A stretch of DNA of 64,000 bases, from positions 32,001-96,000 of the IMG/VR virus record IMGVR_UViG_3300013947_000022; one strand, written 5' to 3'. Each line of letters starts with the position of its first letter. The stretch's first letter is position 1. The notes beneath the pieces were generated by a model. It saw only the letters and a list, made by a program, of their open reading frames with translations, made no database searches and was not told the origin of the DNA. The position numbers and the translations under genes were made by a program. Source of the stretch: a virus. Lineage: Duplodnaviria > Caudoviricetes. Positions 1-13,800 of the stretch are shown piece after piece.

Positions 1-230
1 AGCTTACGGGAAAAGATTATACTCGGCTTAGTCCACACTCATGGAGACATTGCTATGTGAACAATATGCTTGATGGAAGTCATTATTTATGCAAAGAAAT
101 GAATCTTCGGGCAGTTCCTTTGGAGAAAATTAAAACATTAGTTCATCATTCAAGTTCGCAGACCACGTTATCCTATGCGTAGAATAACGAAGATAAAGAT
201 ATTGAGGATTTGTTTGGAATTACATTGTGA
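1..230 (+). CDS. Tyrosine recombinase/integrase, C-terminal part (5'-truncated by window)
   Basis: Frame starting at nt 3 reads ...SPHSWRHCY...KIKTLVHHSSSQTTLSYA(TAG)NNEDKDIEDLFGITL-TGA. It has the HxxR(H), second His and catalytic Tyr motifs of tyrosine recombinases. TAG at 180 is read through. Confidence 0.8.
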
Positions 231-285
231 TGTATAAAGTTTGAATAAATATACAAATAAAAGGTTTAAAAGGAGATAATAAATA

Positions 286-1080
286 ATGGAAGATAAGAAA
301 ACTTTGGGAAATGATATTCCTAAGATTGATGAAAGTTATCTTGAAGATATGAAACCTCTTCCTGAAACTATTGACGGTGTAGATATTAAATAGACACTAT
401 CTTATTATGTAAATGTCGTTACTAAGTTTATTAGGGGTAAATCTACGGTAGATGACCTTAATGAGTTAGGTAATCAAATGACGATTCGTGAATATATTCC
501 AATGAAAGAAAAGTATCGTCTTATTGCAATGACTATTTTTAAAATGAATAGCGAATCTGATGATATGGCTGAAACAACGGTAATAGCAAAAGAAAAGAAT
601 TTGTTCTTTGATGTTCTATTAACTGCTTATTGTGGCATTAACTGTGAGAATCAAGATTTGAAGACTTATGCTACTTATGACTTGCTTTATCCTATTTTGT
701 CTAAATATATTCTACAGTTCTGTGGAGATGATTATAAGAAGCTTGTTGAGATGCTTGATTCTTCTTTGAATATCTATCATATGAAAGAGCTTACTGAGCT
801 TATGGAAAGCGTTGATTACGAAGAAATCAAAAAGGCTACCAAAGCAAATGAAGAGTTGCTTAAGAAATTCTATGAAGAGAAAGAGGCTCTTGAAAAGCTT
901 AAGGAGATTCTTTTGGCTACAGATGATAATGCTCGTAAGGTTGTTGATTATGCTAAAAATGAGGCTATTGTTGAAGCTGGAAAGAAATTGACTGGCGAAA
1001 AAGAAGAAAAAGTTGTAAAACCAGTGGAGGAAGTTAAGCCAAAGAAGAAGGCTGGTAGACCTAAGAAGGTAAAAGAGTAA
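286..1080 (+). CDS. Hypothetical protein (possible tail assembly chaperone), 264 aa with TAG=Gln
   Basis: AAGGAG RBS, ATG 286, in frame with track ORF 478..1080 through one TAG at 391; ends TAA. Function guessed only from its position upstream of the tape measure gene. Confidence 0.7.
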
Positions 1081-1088
1081 ATATAATT

Positions 1089-1122
1089 TGTAAAAGCTAC
1101 TCTTAAAAGGGTAGCTTTTACA
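1089..1122 (+). terminator. Hairpin, probable intrinsic terminator
   Basis: TGTAAAAGCTACTC-ttaaaa-GGGTAGCTTTTACA inverted repeat just after a stop codon. Confidence 0.6.
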
Positions 1123-1153
1123 ACAATTTTATCATTGAAAAAAGGAGGAAAGT

Positions 1154-1876
1154 ATGAATAATAATATTAATTATGAACAGCAAATATCAAGTATAGTTTC
1201 AAACACACTTGATAAAGAAGTGGAAAAATTAAAAATCCAAATCATGAAACAAATGCCTTAGAAAATGATGATGATTAAAAATGAAATCTTTACTGATTAT
1301 TGCACAATAATTAAAAGTGTTTTTAAAAGTGTATTTGATAATGAATATGGAATTAATTATGATGAAGAGTCTATGATAGAATCTATAAATTTTTCTTATG
1401 GAATGGGACTACTTCCTCATTTTACTATAGATGAATCTAAATTTCATTTTGCTCCCAAATATATGCGATTAGCTAAATCATTTAATACGAATGAAGAAAG
1501 CGGATATACACCATATCGTTCAATGAGAAGACGTTCAGAAGAAGTTGATTTAACGGGAAAGATAAAAAATTTCTTTTCAAATGATGATGGTAATTCTGTG
1601 GATGATGAGTATGGTTGGTTTGATGGAGTAGATGATGTTGTTTCAAGTTTCGAACAGGATAATAGAACAGCAAGTGATATAGAGTATGATATGGAAAATG
1701 TATCTATTCAGGCTTATAATTTAAAAAAGAAAAACAATTAGAGCGTTTTTGAAGCAATCACTCCTGTTTCGGGGACTTATTAGACAGCCAAATTGAGGGC
1801 TGAACAAGAGTTTTTGAGAATATATAATGCATAGATTAAAGCTCGTATTTTTAAGAAATATGGGATAAAGATATAA
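1154..1876 (+). CDS. Hypothetical protein, 240 aa with TAG=Gln
   Basis: AGGAGG RBS, ATG 1154. Frame is open apart from 4 TAG codons up to TAA 1874-1876, which abuts the RBS of the next gene. Confidence 0.7.
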
Positions 1877-1886
1877 GGAGGCTAAC

Positions 1887-4800
1887 ATGGCTGATAATAA
1901 TATACTTAATAGTGTATCTTCTTGGGTTATACAAATTAAGAAAGAACTTGATGCACAAATTAAAAGTGAAATTGCTGGAATTGAAAGCAAATATGGTTTA
2001 ACATCAAGTCGTACAAAAGATAGGGCATTTAATAAACTTTAGAATTTAAATACTTATTACCAAGCTATGTTGGATAGAGGAGAGTATTTAGGTTCAGACC
2101 AAATTATGCGAGCAAAAGCTGATTTAAAATTGGCGTTGCCTTCAAATCGAAATGGGATGTCGGATTTGGGCGGAATTTATTAGAAAACCTATGATTTAAT
2201 TGAAGCTCTTGCTACAAAAACTGAAAAACAAGCGCAATATGCAACCCGATTGGAGGCGGCAGTAAAGTCTGAACAAGCTGACCAAATAGCAGAATTAAAA
2301 GATTACAGGACAAGAATTGAAAAGCGTTTGGATGTTTTGGATAATCAAATTAGTTCTGCTTTCTTTTCAGATAATAAGGTTGGAGGAGCATTGGATGATA
2401 GAGCTTATTTAAGAGAGCAAGCCGCGCTTTCTACTTTAATTGGAGAACGTTTTCCCGCAATTGTAGAAAAAGCTGTAAGAAGAGCATCTAATCCTACTCC
2501 TAAAACTTCTCAGACAAAAATGCAGACTTCTAAAGTTATTACTCCTAAAATGTACAAAGGCACAACTTCGAAGACTCGCACAAGTGTACGAGATAAGGTA
2601 AAAGTAAATGGGCAAAAAGGAGCTTATAGTAACTTTTTAACGGTAGCTGAGAATTGGCTTAAAAAACAAGGAACTAAAGCTTGGGACCTTGAAACTACAG
2701 GCTTAGATTTAGTAAGTGATAAAGGCGTAACTTTTGGTTTTGGTGATTATGGTAATCAAAAAAGTTATTTTTTAGATGCTGGTAAAAAAAGTGAAACAAT
2801 AAAAAATATTTTATCTGCAATAAATGACAAGGCTGATGAGTCTGCTAAACAGTTAAGAAAACAGTTAGGTTTTTCTACAGATACTAATAAAAAAATATCA
2901 AAAAGTGAAGTAGAATCTGTTTGGGGAGAAATTAAAAAGCAATTAATTACTCCTGTTGATGCGGCTAAAATGATGATGGAAGCCATTGATAATGGCGGTT
3001 TGGTAGGCTGGAATAGTGAAGGATATGACCTTCGTATTTTGGAGAATAATTTTTCTCAATATTTGGGAAATGTAAGTGAGGCAAAGCGAGCTGCGGCAGA
3101 AAAAGTTATTGCGGAATTTAGAATAAAATCTGCAAAACAAAGAGATGCAATGCTCAAAAGTTCTGAAACAATGGTATCTCGTTCTGATTTCGGAAATGTA
3201 AAAAAGGGTGATTCTCTTATATAGGGTGTTAGAGGAGGTAACACTCTTCAAAGAATGGCAAGGATTATTAGTGGTTCTGAAAGTTCTGGTGCTCACGAAG
3301 CTCGGTCTGACGTTAAAGATACCCTGCTGGCTTATGCAATGCAAAATGTTACAAATGTACAACAAGTAATTAGAAGCGTAATTGAAAAAGGTTTGAAAGA
3401 CCTTGAAACAAGCGGGAATGCTGTAAAAGATTCTAATGGAGAATATACGGCAGTAGCAAGAGAATTTATTACTGAGACTCTTGATAGCTTAAGTGGTATT
3501 TTTGTAGACAATCCTGATTTAGAAAAAGAATTACTTTCTAAAGGGGCTAATACTGTTTCTGCTGATGCGCAAATTGATGCCTTAAAAGCAGAAATGACAA
3601 AAGCTCAAAAAGAAGCTTTTGAAGGAAAAGAACTTCGTAGTCGTTTTGCTAAAGCAGGGAAAGATGTTTCTAATATTACTGGGGTAGGAAAAGGTCTTGG
3701 TACCCACGAAAGAAAATTAAGAGACCTTATTAGAACTGCCGCTGAAAAGGGGTATGTTACCAGTTTAAGAATAAATGGCGATAATTATGATATTCGTTTA
3801 ACTCCTATTTCTGATTATATAGATGAAAATTCTATTGACTGGGAAAATGCAGAAAATCAAATTCAATGGAATGTTTCTCTTGCAGAAAATGGACGTATCG
3901 TAAACAAGATTGATACAATTCATGCGGCTCAGGAATGGGTAGGAAAAGTTCCAACAACTATGCTTGAAACAGCATCCGCTAAACAGCTTGATGTTGCTTT
4001 GGGTATGCTCAAGTCTGATAAATTTGGCAACGGAGACAGAACAAATGATGATTATTCTCGTATTTTTGGTAGCGCTGGTAGACGTGCTATTAATGGTTCT
4101 TTACCTGTAATTGCAGGGGATGAAGACTTAAGAGAATATCTTACAACTTATCAAGGTGAAAAGACTCCTACTGAAATAATTAAGTCGATGAAAGTTTCCT
4201 TTAAGGAATACTTAATGCGGACTTTAAGAAATTCTAAGATTCAAAAGGTAATTTCAGATTATTACAAAAAGTCTAATCCATATTATCAATTTAATATTGA
4301 TGATATTGGAGCAGAAGTAATGAATACAATGTTGGACATCTTTATTAGAGGCGGTCGTTACGGAAAAGAAGCAATGTTAGCAGGAGCGAAAGAGGATTCT
4401 TTGCTAAAAATGCTTCTCGAAAGTGACGAAATGAAATATTATATTAAAGATGCATGGAATCTTATTCAATCAACTGGAATTACTAATAGCGCTTATAGTG
4501 AAGGCAGTTACAAAAATGCTCAATATGGTGCTTTGTCTCAAACAGATTTGACAGCTTGGAACTTTGTAAATGATATGACCCAACGTGATGTAGCACAGGC
4601 TTTAAATGCAAGGAGTCTTACATCAAGAGCTGCTGATGCGCGTCAAGGATTAAGTGGACCAGCATTTAGAACCAAACAAGGCACTGCTATGGGAATGGAT
4701 TATGAATCTCCTATGCAGAAGATGTTTTAGGTTATGCAAATCCCAGAGCAAGTATTTTATCAGGCGGCAAGAGCTTATTTTGAAGAGCTTGGAATGACAG

Positions 4801-7800
4801 GAGAGGATTTAGAAAATTCTATTCAGAGTTTGATGGATAGTATTATTCCTTCTCTTAAAGTTATTGAAGCTACTGAAAGCTATCAATACAGAGCGTCAAG
4901 AAATACTGATGTAAATGATATTGATGCTGGTTTCCTTGCGGCTTATGGAATTACTCCTGAGATGTTAGAAAAAGAGCAAACAATCGACCTTTCTAACTAT
5001 GAAGTAAAAGAGGGAGATTATCTTAATTTTTCTAAAAAGTTTTCTTTTAATGTGGGTGATAGACTTACAGGATTAGTAAAAACTTTAGATGGTTGGAAGC
5101 TTCAAACTGATTCTCTTTCTAAAACTCAACAGGGTACTAAGCTTACACTTGGATATGGTGGGCGTATGTCTATGGGTGGTGGAAATGACCCAGCTAAGAT
5201 GTTTGCTTATATCCAGAAATGGATTGCGAATAATTGGCAAAATTCTCCGTATTCAAAAGAAGCAATTATGTCTGCGGATGCTTTTGTTGAAGAAAGAACT
5301 TCACTAAAAGAGCGTAATGTTTTACTTGATTTTGCTGGTAGACTTTCTACTATTGTTAATGCTTTAAAAGCTGAGGGCGTCGCGCAAAACGATACAGATG
5401 TATTAAATCTTTTAAGTAAAGAAAATGGTATTTTCTCTCGTATTTTTGAAATAGATAAAAATGGTAATCTGTCTCAAAATGTAAGATATGATATGGCAAA
5501 TACTCGCTATGTTAATGGAACAACGGGAGATGTAATTTTTAATACGGCTGAAGAAGCCGAAAAACTCCTTTCTGGTTTGGATGAACTGGGAGAGGTTTTG
5601 TTAGGACAAAATTGGAGCAATTACAAAGGATTGCTTTCAACTACAATTGGACAGCAAGATGTCGCTCGTTACGCTACCAAAATAAGTGGTGGCGGAGCTT
5701 ATACTCCTTCTATTGCAGATGATTTTAAAGTTATTAATGCTGAACGTCATACCACTAAGCGTTTTGGTTCTGCGGCAATGGTTGGTATGACAGACGAAGA
5801 AAAAGAAAGAGCGCAAAAAGGCTTAAACGCTATTCTTGCGGCGAATGAAAAGCTTAATAAGGCTTTTACCCCTGCTGAATTAAAAGCTCAAAAAGATTTC
5901 CAACAATTAATTGACTCTCGTAAATCTTTAGATAAAGGTGGCTATACTTCCAACGGAAAAGATATTGAATTTGTTTCTAAGAAAGATTTTAGCGAATTAA
6001 AAGAGAATCAAATTTATATTGAAGATATTGTTACAAGTTTCCAAGATGCTGTTAAAAACGGTAAAGTTTCTCAAGATGACTATGAGAAATTTGCAATGGA
6101 AGTTGCTCGCAAGAAGAAAGACGAACTTGGAGATGCTTATAAAGATGCTAACATTGCTCTTACAAGAGCAAGAGGTAATGAACTTGGCAATGTAATGCTT
6201 GCTAATCTTCAGGGTGGACATGATAATGATTATAATTATTATGTTACTCCTCTTGAAAGACAGCAAGGAAGATTACTGCAAGCTTATGCTAAGTTTGCGA
6301 ACGCTACAGAAGAAAATGAAAAACAAAGGTTAGCGGCTTTTGAACTTGCTGAAAAAGAGTATGCAAATACTGTTCTTGAATATATAAGCAATAAAGATTC
6401 TGAAATTAAATATAAAGCCACTCATATCAGTCGTGCTCACTCTGGTTGGGCTATTGCTCAAGGTGGAGCATTTGATGAAAATGCCGCAACTTCTGAATAT
6501 AGTGCTGAAAAGGCAAGACTTGCTAATACAGTAGTTATGTCTGAGAGTCGTGTTCGTAATATGTTCAGGTCCGAATCTGGTTCATCAAAAGACCAAATTG
6601 CAGATAATTTGTTGGCTTTAATGAATCAGTTTAAATTAAGAACAGGCAAAGCATTTGATTATGGTTTTTATGACAATGATAATAATTATCATGCTTTATT
6701 TGCTAAAGATATTAAAGATGGTAATTTTACAAAAGAGCAATTAGCTGAAGCCGAAGCTCAGATAGTAGAAGATATAATCACCGCTATTAAAAAGGGTAAT
6801 AGTAACTTTAAGACTAAAATGGGTCGTTATCCTTATAACCAAGGTGGCGAGGGCATAAGCTCTCACATTGCTATTGGTGATGTTGGTGACGATGTTGTTC
6901 AAGTTAGACAAGGCTTGGCTAAATATTTGCATGGTGACTTCGATGGTGACTATTACAGAATGGTCAGTAACATCTTTGATGAACAGTATGGCAAAGATGC
7001 TTATAACATGGAACAAATTATGCAGGAGCTCTATGACAAACAAGTTTGGTTAATGAACAAATGGGCAAGCATGGAGAAATTAAGCGAAGCTCCTGATGCC
7101 GAAAGTCGTAGAGCAGATATTGCCAAAATAGCTAAAGGCTGGGTAACTAAAGACGATAATGAATTTGCTTCTTTAGTTGGTGGCTCTAACTTCCAAACCA
7201 TTGGTTCTTTCTCTCAAAGTGCAACTAAAATGCGTGAAGCAATGGAGGCTTTAAATTATACTACTGGTAATATGTCTACTGATGCTGACATGGAGAAAGA
7301 ATTTAATGCAGATGTTGTTAAATCTTTCTTACAACAGCTTGAGCAAGATGCTATTTCTTCTAAGAAAATTTATGCTCGTCTTCAAAAAGTAAGACAAGAT
7401 AGACATCAAGACGATAGTAAAGAAGCTGTAGCTTCAGATGTTGCTAAATTAATTGAAGCTCTTAGAGGCGGTGACGTTCACAGTTATATTAATTTGTCTA
7501 AAGAAATGGGTATTTGGGATGAAACAAAAGCAGACCAACCCATTCAAGCTTTAAGAGCTCGTTGGTTAAGTACAGATACTCAAAGAGATTTTCTTCGTAG
7601 GAAAATTGGTGTTGATTTTGCTGATGTTAATAACGCAAAAGCAAATCTAACTGACCAGCAAATTGAAGCTTCTTTTGGACACGTTGGACAATGGTTTAAT
7701 ACTCATGGCGGCGTTACTTTAGCTGATGCTACTACATGGAACAAAAAGATGGCTGAAGTAGCTGGTCGTGACTTTAATGGTAGAGAATATCTTAGATGGA

Positions 7801-10800
7801 AGAAATTCAATATTAGTGGGACAGAAATGGATGAAAATGGTAATCCTGTTCCTCCGTCTGGTAGTGGACTAAATGGGTCTATCAATTCCAATGGCGATAT
7901 TGTAATAAATACTTCTGGTAATGTTCTTATTAATGCTCAAGGTAATGTAGCGGTTAATACTAATGAGATTGTTGCTCAGATGGCTGATGCTGCTAAACAG
8001 GGGATTGAACAAGGTACGGCTTCAACGCTTAGAAATGATAATGGTAAAATTATCCATGAGATGCGTAATGAAAGTGGAAAATATGTTTCGCCTGAAGTAA
8101 CATGGACTGGTGTAACACCTCCTGACCCGAAGACTCATGCCATGACCGTAAAGATGAATGGTAAGCTTTATGGTAAAGATGATATTTTCTCTGTTACTGA
8201 GGCGTTGAATCATGATGCTCCGTTAAAACCGTGGGATTAGGAAAAATTGCACACGTCTTCTGTAATGGGAACTTATGCTCACAGAATTGCGTAGGAATTA
8301 GTTAATACGGGTGAGACTTCTGTTGATAGTTTTAGCGATTCTGTAAACAGCGAGCTTAGGGAAATTATAGGTAAATCTGTAAGTGAGGGTGGTCTTAACA
8401 TGACCTCTTCTGACCCTAAAGCGCAAAAACAAAGACAATTAGCTGAATTAGCTGTTGCGAAGGCTCGTGAAGCAGGTATAGTAAATGATAATACCATAAC
8501 TGAAAGAACTATGGCTGGTTTATTTGGACAGCAAATGTTTGCTGGAACAATGGACGCTTTAACTTATAATAAAGATACTGGCTTTGCAGTAAATGACTGG
8601 AAGTTTTCCAAATCTGGTGGTCCTGAAGATATTCAAAAACGTGGCGAGCGTATGTTGCAAATGCAAGTGTATTTTACAATGTATGAAAAAGCTTTGGAAA
8701 AACTTTCTAATCAAGTTTTTGAAGAGGGTAAAGAGATTACAGCCGAAGATGCAAAATGGTTTGGTTTAGAGGGAAATGATAGCTCTGAATGGGCGAACGA
8801 TTTAACTGAAAGATTAAATCATATTCGTAAGGGCAATGTTAAATTTGCTAATACGAGAGCTTTTGAACAAGATGGGCAATAGATTGTTGAAATTGTCACT
8901 TCTGGATTAAATGTGGCTATGAGCATGGAAGAAGTAGCTGAAATACTTAATAAAGGTATTAAGGGCGAAGCTATTCCTTGGGATGAGATTGCTAAAAAAT
9001 ACGGAGTAGATTCAATTAAGGCGTCTCTATTTTCTGTAAATGGTAGCAATCTTAGCAATGAAGTTCCTCCTGTTATTCAGAAAATGATGGATAAAAAAAA
9101 TGCGGAGAGAACTTCTGGTGGTTATAACACAAAATCCATAAATGATTATCTTAAACAGTATAAACAAATTCTAAAAATTCAAGAACAAATTGATGCTGAC
9201 GAAAAGCGTCTTGCGAGTTCTGGAATGAAAGGCGAACGTGCAGATAACATTCGAAGTGTTGTCAATATGCGTAAACGTTTGCTTGGTCAACTGCAAGCTG
9301 AAGTGCCTAATTTAGATTTAGAAAATGGCACTCTTAATGGGCAAAAACTTTCTGAAGAAGAGTTGATTAAATTAAAGAAAGAAATTGCTTTGCTTGATTC
9401 TAATCACGGTATTCAACTTGAAAAGAATAATTCTTTACAAAAACAAAGTGTTGGATTAGTCCAGCAAATTGCTCAGGGCTTTAAAGCTTCTTTCCGTAAC
9501 TTAACAGATTATTCAATGGCTTATATGGTCATTGGTAAGATTAGAATGGCTTTTAGTCAGTTGATTAATTATGCTGAACAACTTAATGCTTCTATGGTTG
9601 ATTTGCAAATTGCAAGTGGATTAAGCTACAGCAATATTAAAAATATGATGCTTGACTTTAATGACCTTGCTGTTAAAGTAGGTAAGAGTACGCTTGAAGT
9701 ATCTCAAGCCGCAAACGATTGGCTAAGAGCGGGTTATGAAGGACAAGATGCCGCAACTCTCGTTGAAAATTCAATGCAACTTAGTACGCTTGGTATGATA
9801 AACTCTGCCGAAGCAACGGAATATTTGATTAGTATGCTCAAGGGCTGGAAGCTTCAAGTTAATGAAGTTAGTTCAGTAGTAGACAAACTCGTAGCTGTTG
9901 ACATGAGTGCTGCGATTTCGGCTGGCGATTTAGCAACAGCGTTGGCAAGAGCTAACACAAGTGCGCAATTAGCAGGTAAAATTTGTGCCTGAGTATATGG
10001 TAACATATACTATAGTATCAACCTAAATCGGTTAAAACCTCTTTTTAGAGACAAGACCGAGATAACTTTTATTAAATAAAATCTAAGTTTTATTATATAT
10101 TTTAATATAAAATTGCAACAAAAGGAGGGAGTTTTGTTGCTTATAAATGAAAAAATGACAATAATTCCAACCAGTAGAAATAAAAAATGGTATTTAGAGA
10201 AGGGATACCCAGAAGTTCCTTATCTATCACCTTTAGAAATAAATTCAAAGGATATAAGCCTTCACAGTAAAGCTTTGATACATTGGAAATGCGACTATTG
10301 TGGAGAAGTTCAAGAAAGTAAGGCTTTTATTTATTTTACACAGGAAAGAGATATTGTAAATAAAGATTGTTGTGTAAAATGTGCTCCATTGAAAGCATAG
10401 GAAGTTTATGAGGCTAAAACTGGATATAAGAATAGTTTTAGTCAACCTCGGTATCATGATATGCTAAAAGAGAAAATGAAAGAAAAATATGGAACAGAAT
10501 ATTATCTTAATAGTGAAGATTGTAAACAAAAAACAGAAGAGTATTTACAAGCACATAACGCAACAAATGTAATGCACATTCCAGAAGTAAAAGAATCTTT
10601 ACGAAAAACTGTGCAAGAAAAATATGGGGTGAACTGCTGTTTTTAGAATGAAGATATTAAGGCTAAAATTAGAGAAACCAATTTAGAAAAATATGGCTTT
10701 CCAAACGCAAATCAAAATCCAGAGATTAAAGAAAAGAATTTAATTAACAGAAATAAAGCCATAGAAAAAACTCGGAATGTTTTAACGAGTAAAGAGCAAG

Positions 10801-13800
10801 TTCGACTTTGTAAATTGTTTAATTGCTCAGTTAATAAGCTAATGACATATTATTTTTTGGATGGGTATTTTGAAAAGGAACAAATTTATTTTGAATATAA
10901 TGGAAGTGGTCATGATTTATCGGTTCAAATAGGAGCTATTACTGAAAAGGCTTTTAAAGCAAAAGAAGCTCGTCGTTATCATTATCTAAAGACACTTGGA
11001 TTAAAAGAATTTTGTGTTATTAATACCAAGAGAAACAAAGTTCCAGTAAATGACGAGATAATGATGAAGATTAAGCAGTTTTCTTTTAATGAGTTAGAAA
11101 AGGATACTATTAACTGGGTAATAGTAGATTTTGATAAAAAAATATTAAAAACAAAATTCCAAGAGTGGACTTTGGAAGAATTAGATTTTATTTAATAAAA
11201 GTATTGTAACGACCAGAATCAGGTTGGCTCCTCTTATCACTCTAAGAGGATGAAGGTATGGTCTGAACTATATGGTGACATATAGAAAAGAGGTCAAGTG
11301 TAAAGACACTTTAAAGAAGAACCTCTTTCGCCACAATTTATTATTGTGGTCAGTAATTCCTTTTAATGGAATGAAAGTAACAGAGTGTCAAGTTTAGACA
11401 ATTATATTGCGTATACAACTGTTGTTGCTGAAACTACTCAAAAGAGCGCTGAATCGGTGGGCGAGTCCTTTAAAACGTTATATGCACGTTTTGGTAAAAT
11501 AGCGGCGGGTAAATTTGAAACTTCTCAAGAAGAACTTGAACAACAAGGATTATCTTCTGAAGATATGTCAAATTTAAATGAAATCGAATAGGTATTAAAA
11601 GCTGTAGGAATTGAATTGAGAGATACTCCTGAGCATTTTAGAGACATAGATTCGGTTTTGGCTGAAATTGCTGGAAAATGGAATACTTTCTCTGATGTTC
11701 AAAAATCTGGTATTTCTACGGCTGTTGCTGGTACTCGTTAGAGAGAAAATTTCTTAGTTTTGATGGAAAACTGGGACAATGTTGGTAAATATGCTGAGAT
11801 AGCGGCCAATGCTTATGGTACAGCGGTAGAAAAGATGGAAGCTTATTCACAAGGTGTAGAAGCAGCTCGCAAGCGTGTACAAGCGGCGTGGGAAGGCTTT
11901 GCATTAATTGTTAATGAAAGTGGATTACTTGAGACAGCATTTAATGGCCTTGCAACTGCTATTGAAAATATTCACTGGATTATTTTGGCTGCTATAACTT
12001 CATTGGTAGCAAACAACCCCGCTGGCGCTGCCGCAACTCTTTCGCAAGCATTTACAAAACTTAGTTTAACATTAGGCTCTGCTGGATTGGAGCAAAAGCT
12101 TGGCTTAGTAGGAGATTCTTAGGCTACTATTGAAGCGGCAAAGCAAGCTCGTATTGATATGGCTGATGCAGCGTTTATTAGACAGAAGTAGATGCTTTGG
12201 GGAGATTATTTAGGTAAATTTAAAGGTGGCATGAATGATGAGCGCTTTACTGGATTTACTGAATATCAAAGTGGATTAATTGGATTAGATAAAACAGACG
12301 AAAATGAAAAGTTTGTTGCTGGATTATCAGGTTTTGTTTCTGCATTGCAAGCTGGAGAAAAGGGCACAACATTGGCTACAGAATCTTTAGAATATTTAAG
12401 AAAAAATATTGACGAGGGTAAAGCTCAAATTTTGTTAAATACTGTTTCCAAAGAAACTGCGAATACCTTAGTTCTTTCTTAGAAAAAGACTATTGAGCAA
12501 GGAATGACAGAAGAACAACTTGCTGACCAAACTACAATTTTAGCTGAAGCTCGTAAGAGGGCGGCAATGCAGTTGCTTGATGATATGGGCGCTGAGAAGA
12601 GTCAATATTACAGCGAGAGTGACAAGAAAGTATTTACTACTGCAACAGGTAGTGCTCAAAAGTCAAGAAGCCAATCCCGTCAAAAATTAGCCGTAAGTGC
12701 TATGGGAAGTCTTTTTGGAAGTATTGCTGGTGGGTATGGCGGAAGTAAAGGTCTTGGCAGCATTTTTGCAAAAGTTGGGGGAGAAGAAGCTCGTAGTGCT
12801 GGTGAAAGTATTGGTTCAATTATTGGTATGGTAGCGGGACAGAAAGCTGTTACTACTTTAATTTCAACTTGGGGAACTAAATTAACAGGAAGCGCCGCTT
12901 TAACAGGTATTGTAGCACCTTGGGCGGCTGTTATTGCTTTAGTAGCTGGAGCTGGTTACGGTATTTATCAGCATTTTAAAAAGAAAGCTATACAAAAAGC
13001 CCAAGAAGAATTTAAAGAGCTTAAAGACACTTATGAATCTCAACTTTCGGCTTCCACAAAAACAACTCGTTATGATGAATTGTCAGAGGGAGTAGACCAG
13101 TTTGGACGTAATGTTTCCTTGACGGATGAAGAATATAGTGAATTCTTGTCTACTTCTAATGAACTTGCGGAGTTGTTCCCTGAATTAGTAGTTAGGACAG
13201 ACGAGGCTGGCAACTCTTTCTTGGGCACTGCTGGTAAAGTTGGCAAACTTACTGAAGCTGTTGACGAGATGGTTAAGGCTTCTCAAAAGGCGGCAGATGT
13301 TCAATTACTATCTGATAATGTTTTTGGCGAAGCTTTTAAAGATGCTAAAGCGTCCTATAAAAAGAACTCTTCTGGCATAGAACAACTTTAGGAGGAAGTG
13401 GCAAAGGGAGGATATTGGTCTAATACCTTTAAACTTGGATAGGCAGGTCCTTCTCAAACCTTTACTGCTTATAGTAAAAAAGAGCTTGAAGAGAAGAAGT
13501 CCGAAATAAAATCTATGGAAGAAGCGTCTCGAAATGCGCTGTCTTCTCTCACCGACTACAACAACGCAATTATGCGTGAAGATTTCGGTCTACAGGCAAC
13601 TTTGTCTTCTATGTCCGAGGATTCTGCAATTTTGGCAAAACAGACAATGCAAAAAGTATTCTCTTCTCTTGATTTAACTGAGTATGCTAATGAAGATGAG
13701 TATCGTGCTGATATTGAAAAAATATCAAACCAGATTGCAGATGCTTACAAGGAGAATCCTATTTTAGCTACTCTTGAGGTTGAAATGGGAAGCTCTGCAA

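Noticed and set aside
8180-8700. Cas4-like nuclease as sign of a CRISPR-Cas system
   Set aside because: No repeat-spacer array or other cas genes seen; the domain is part of the tape-measure polyprotein.
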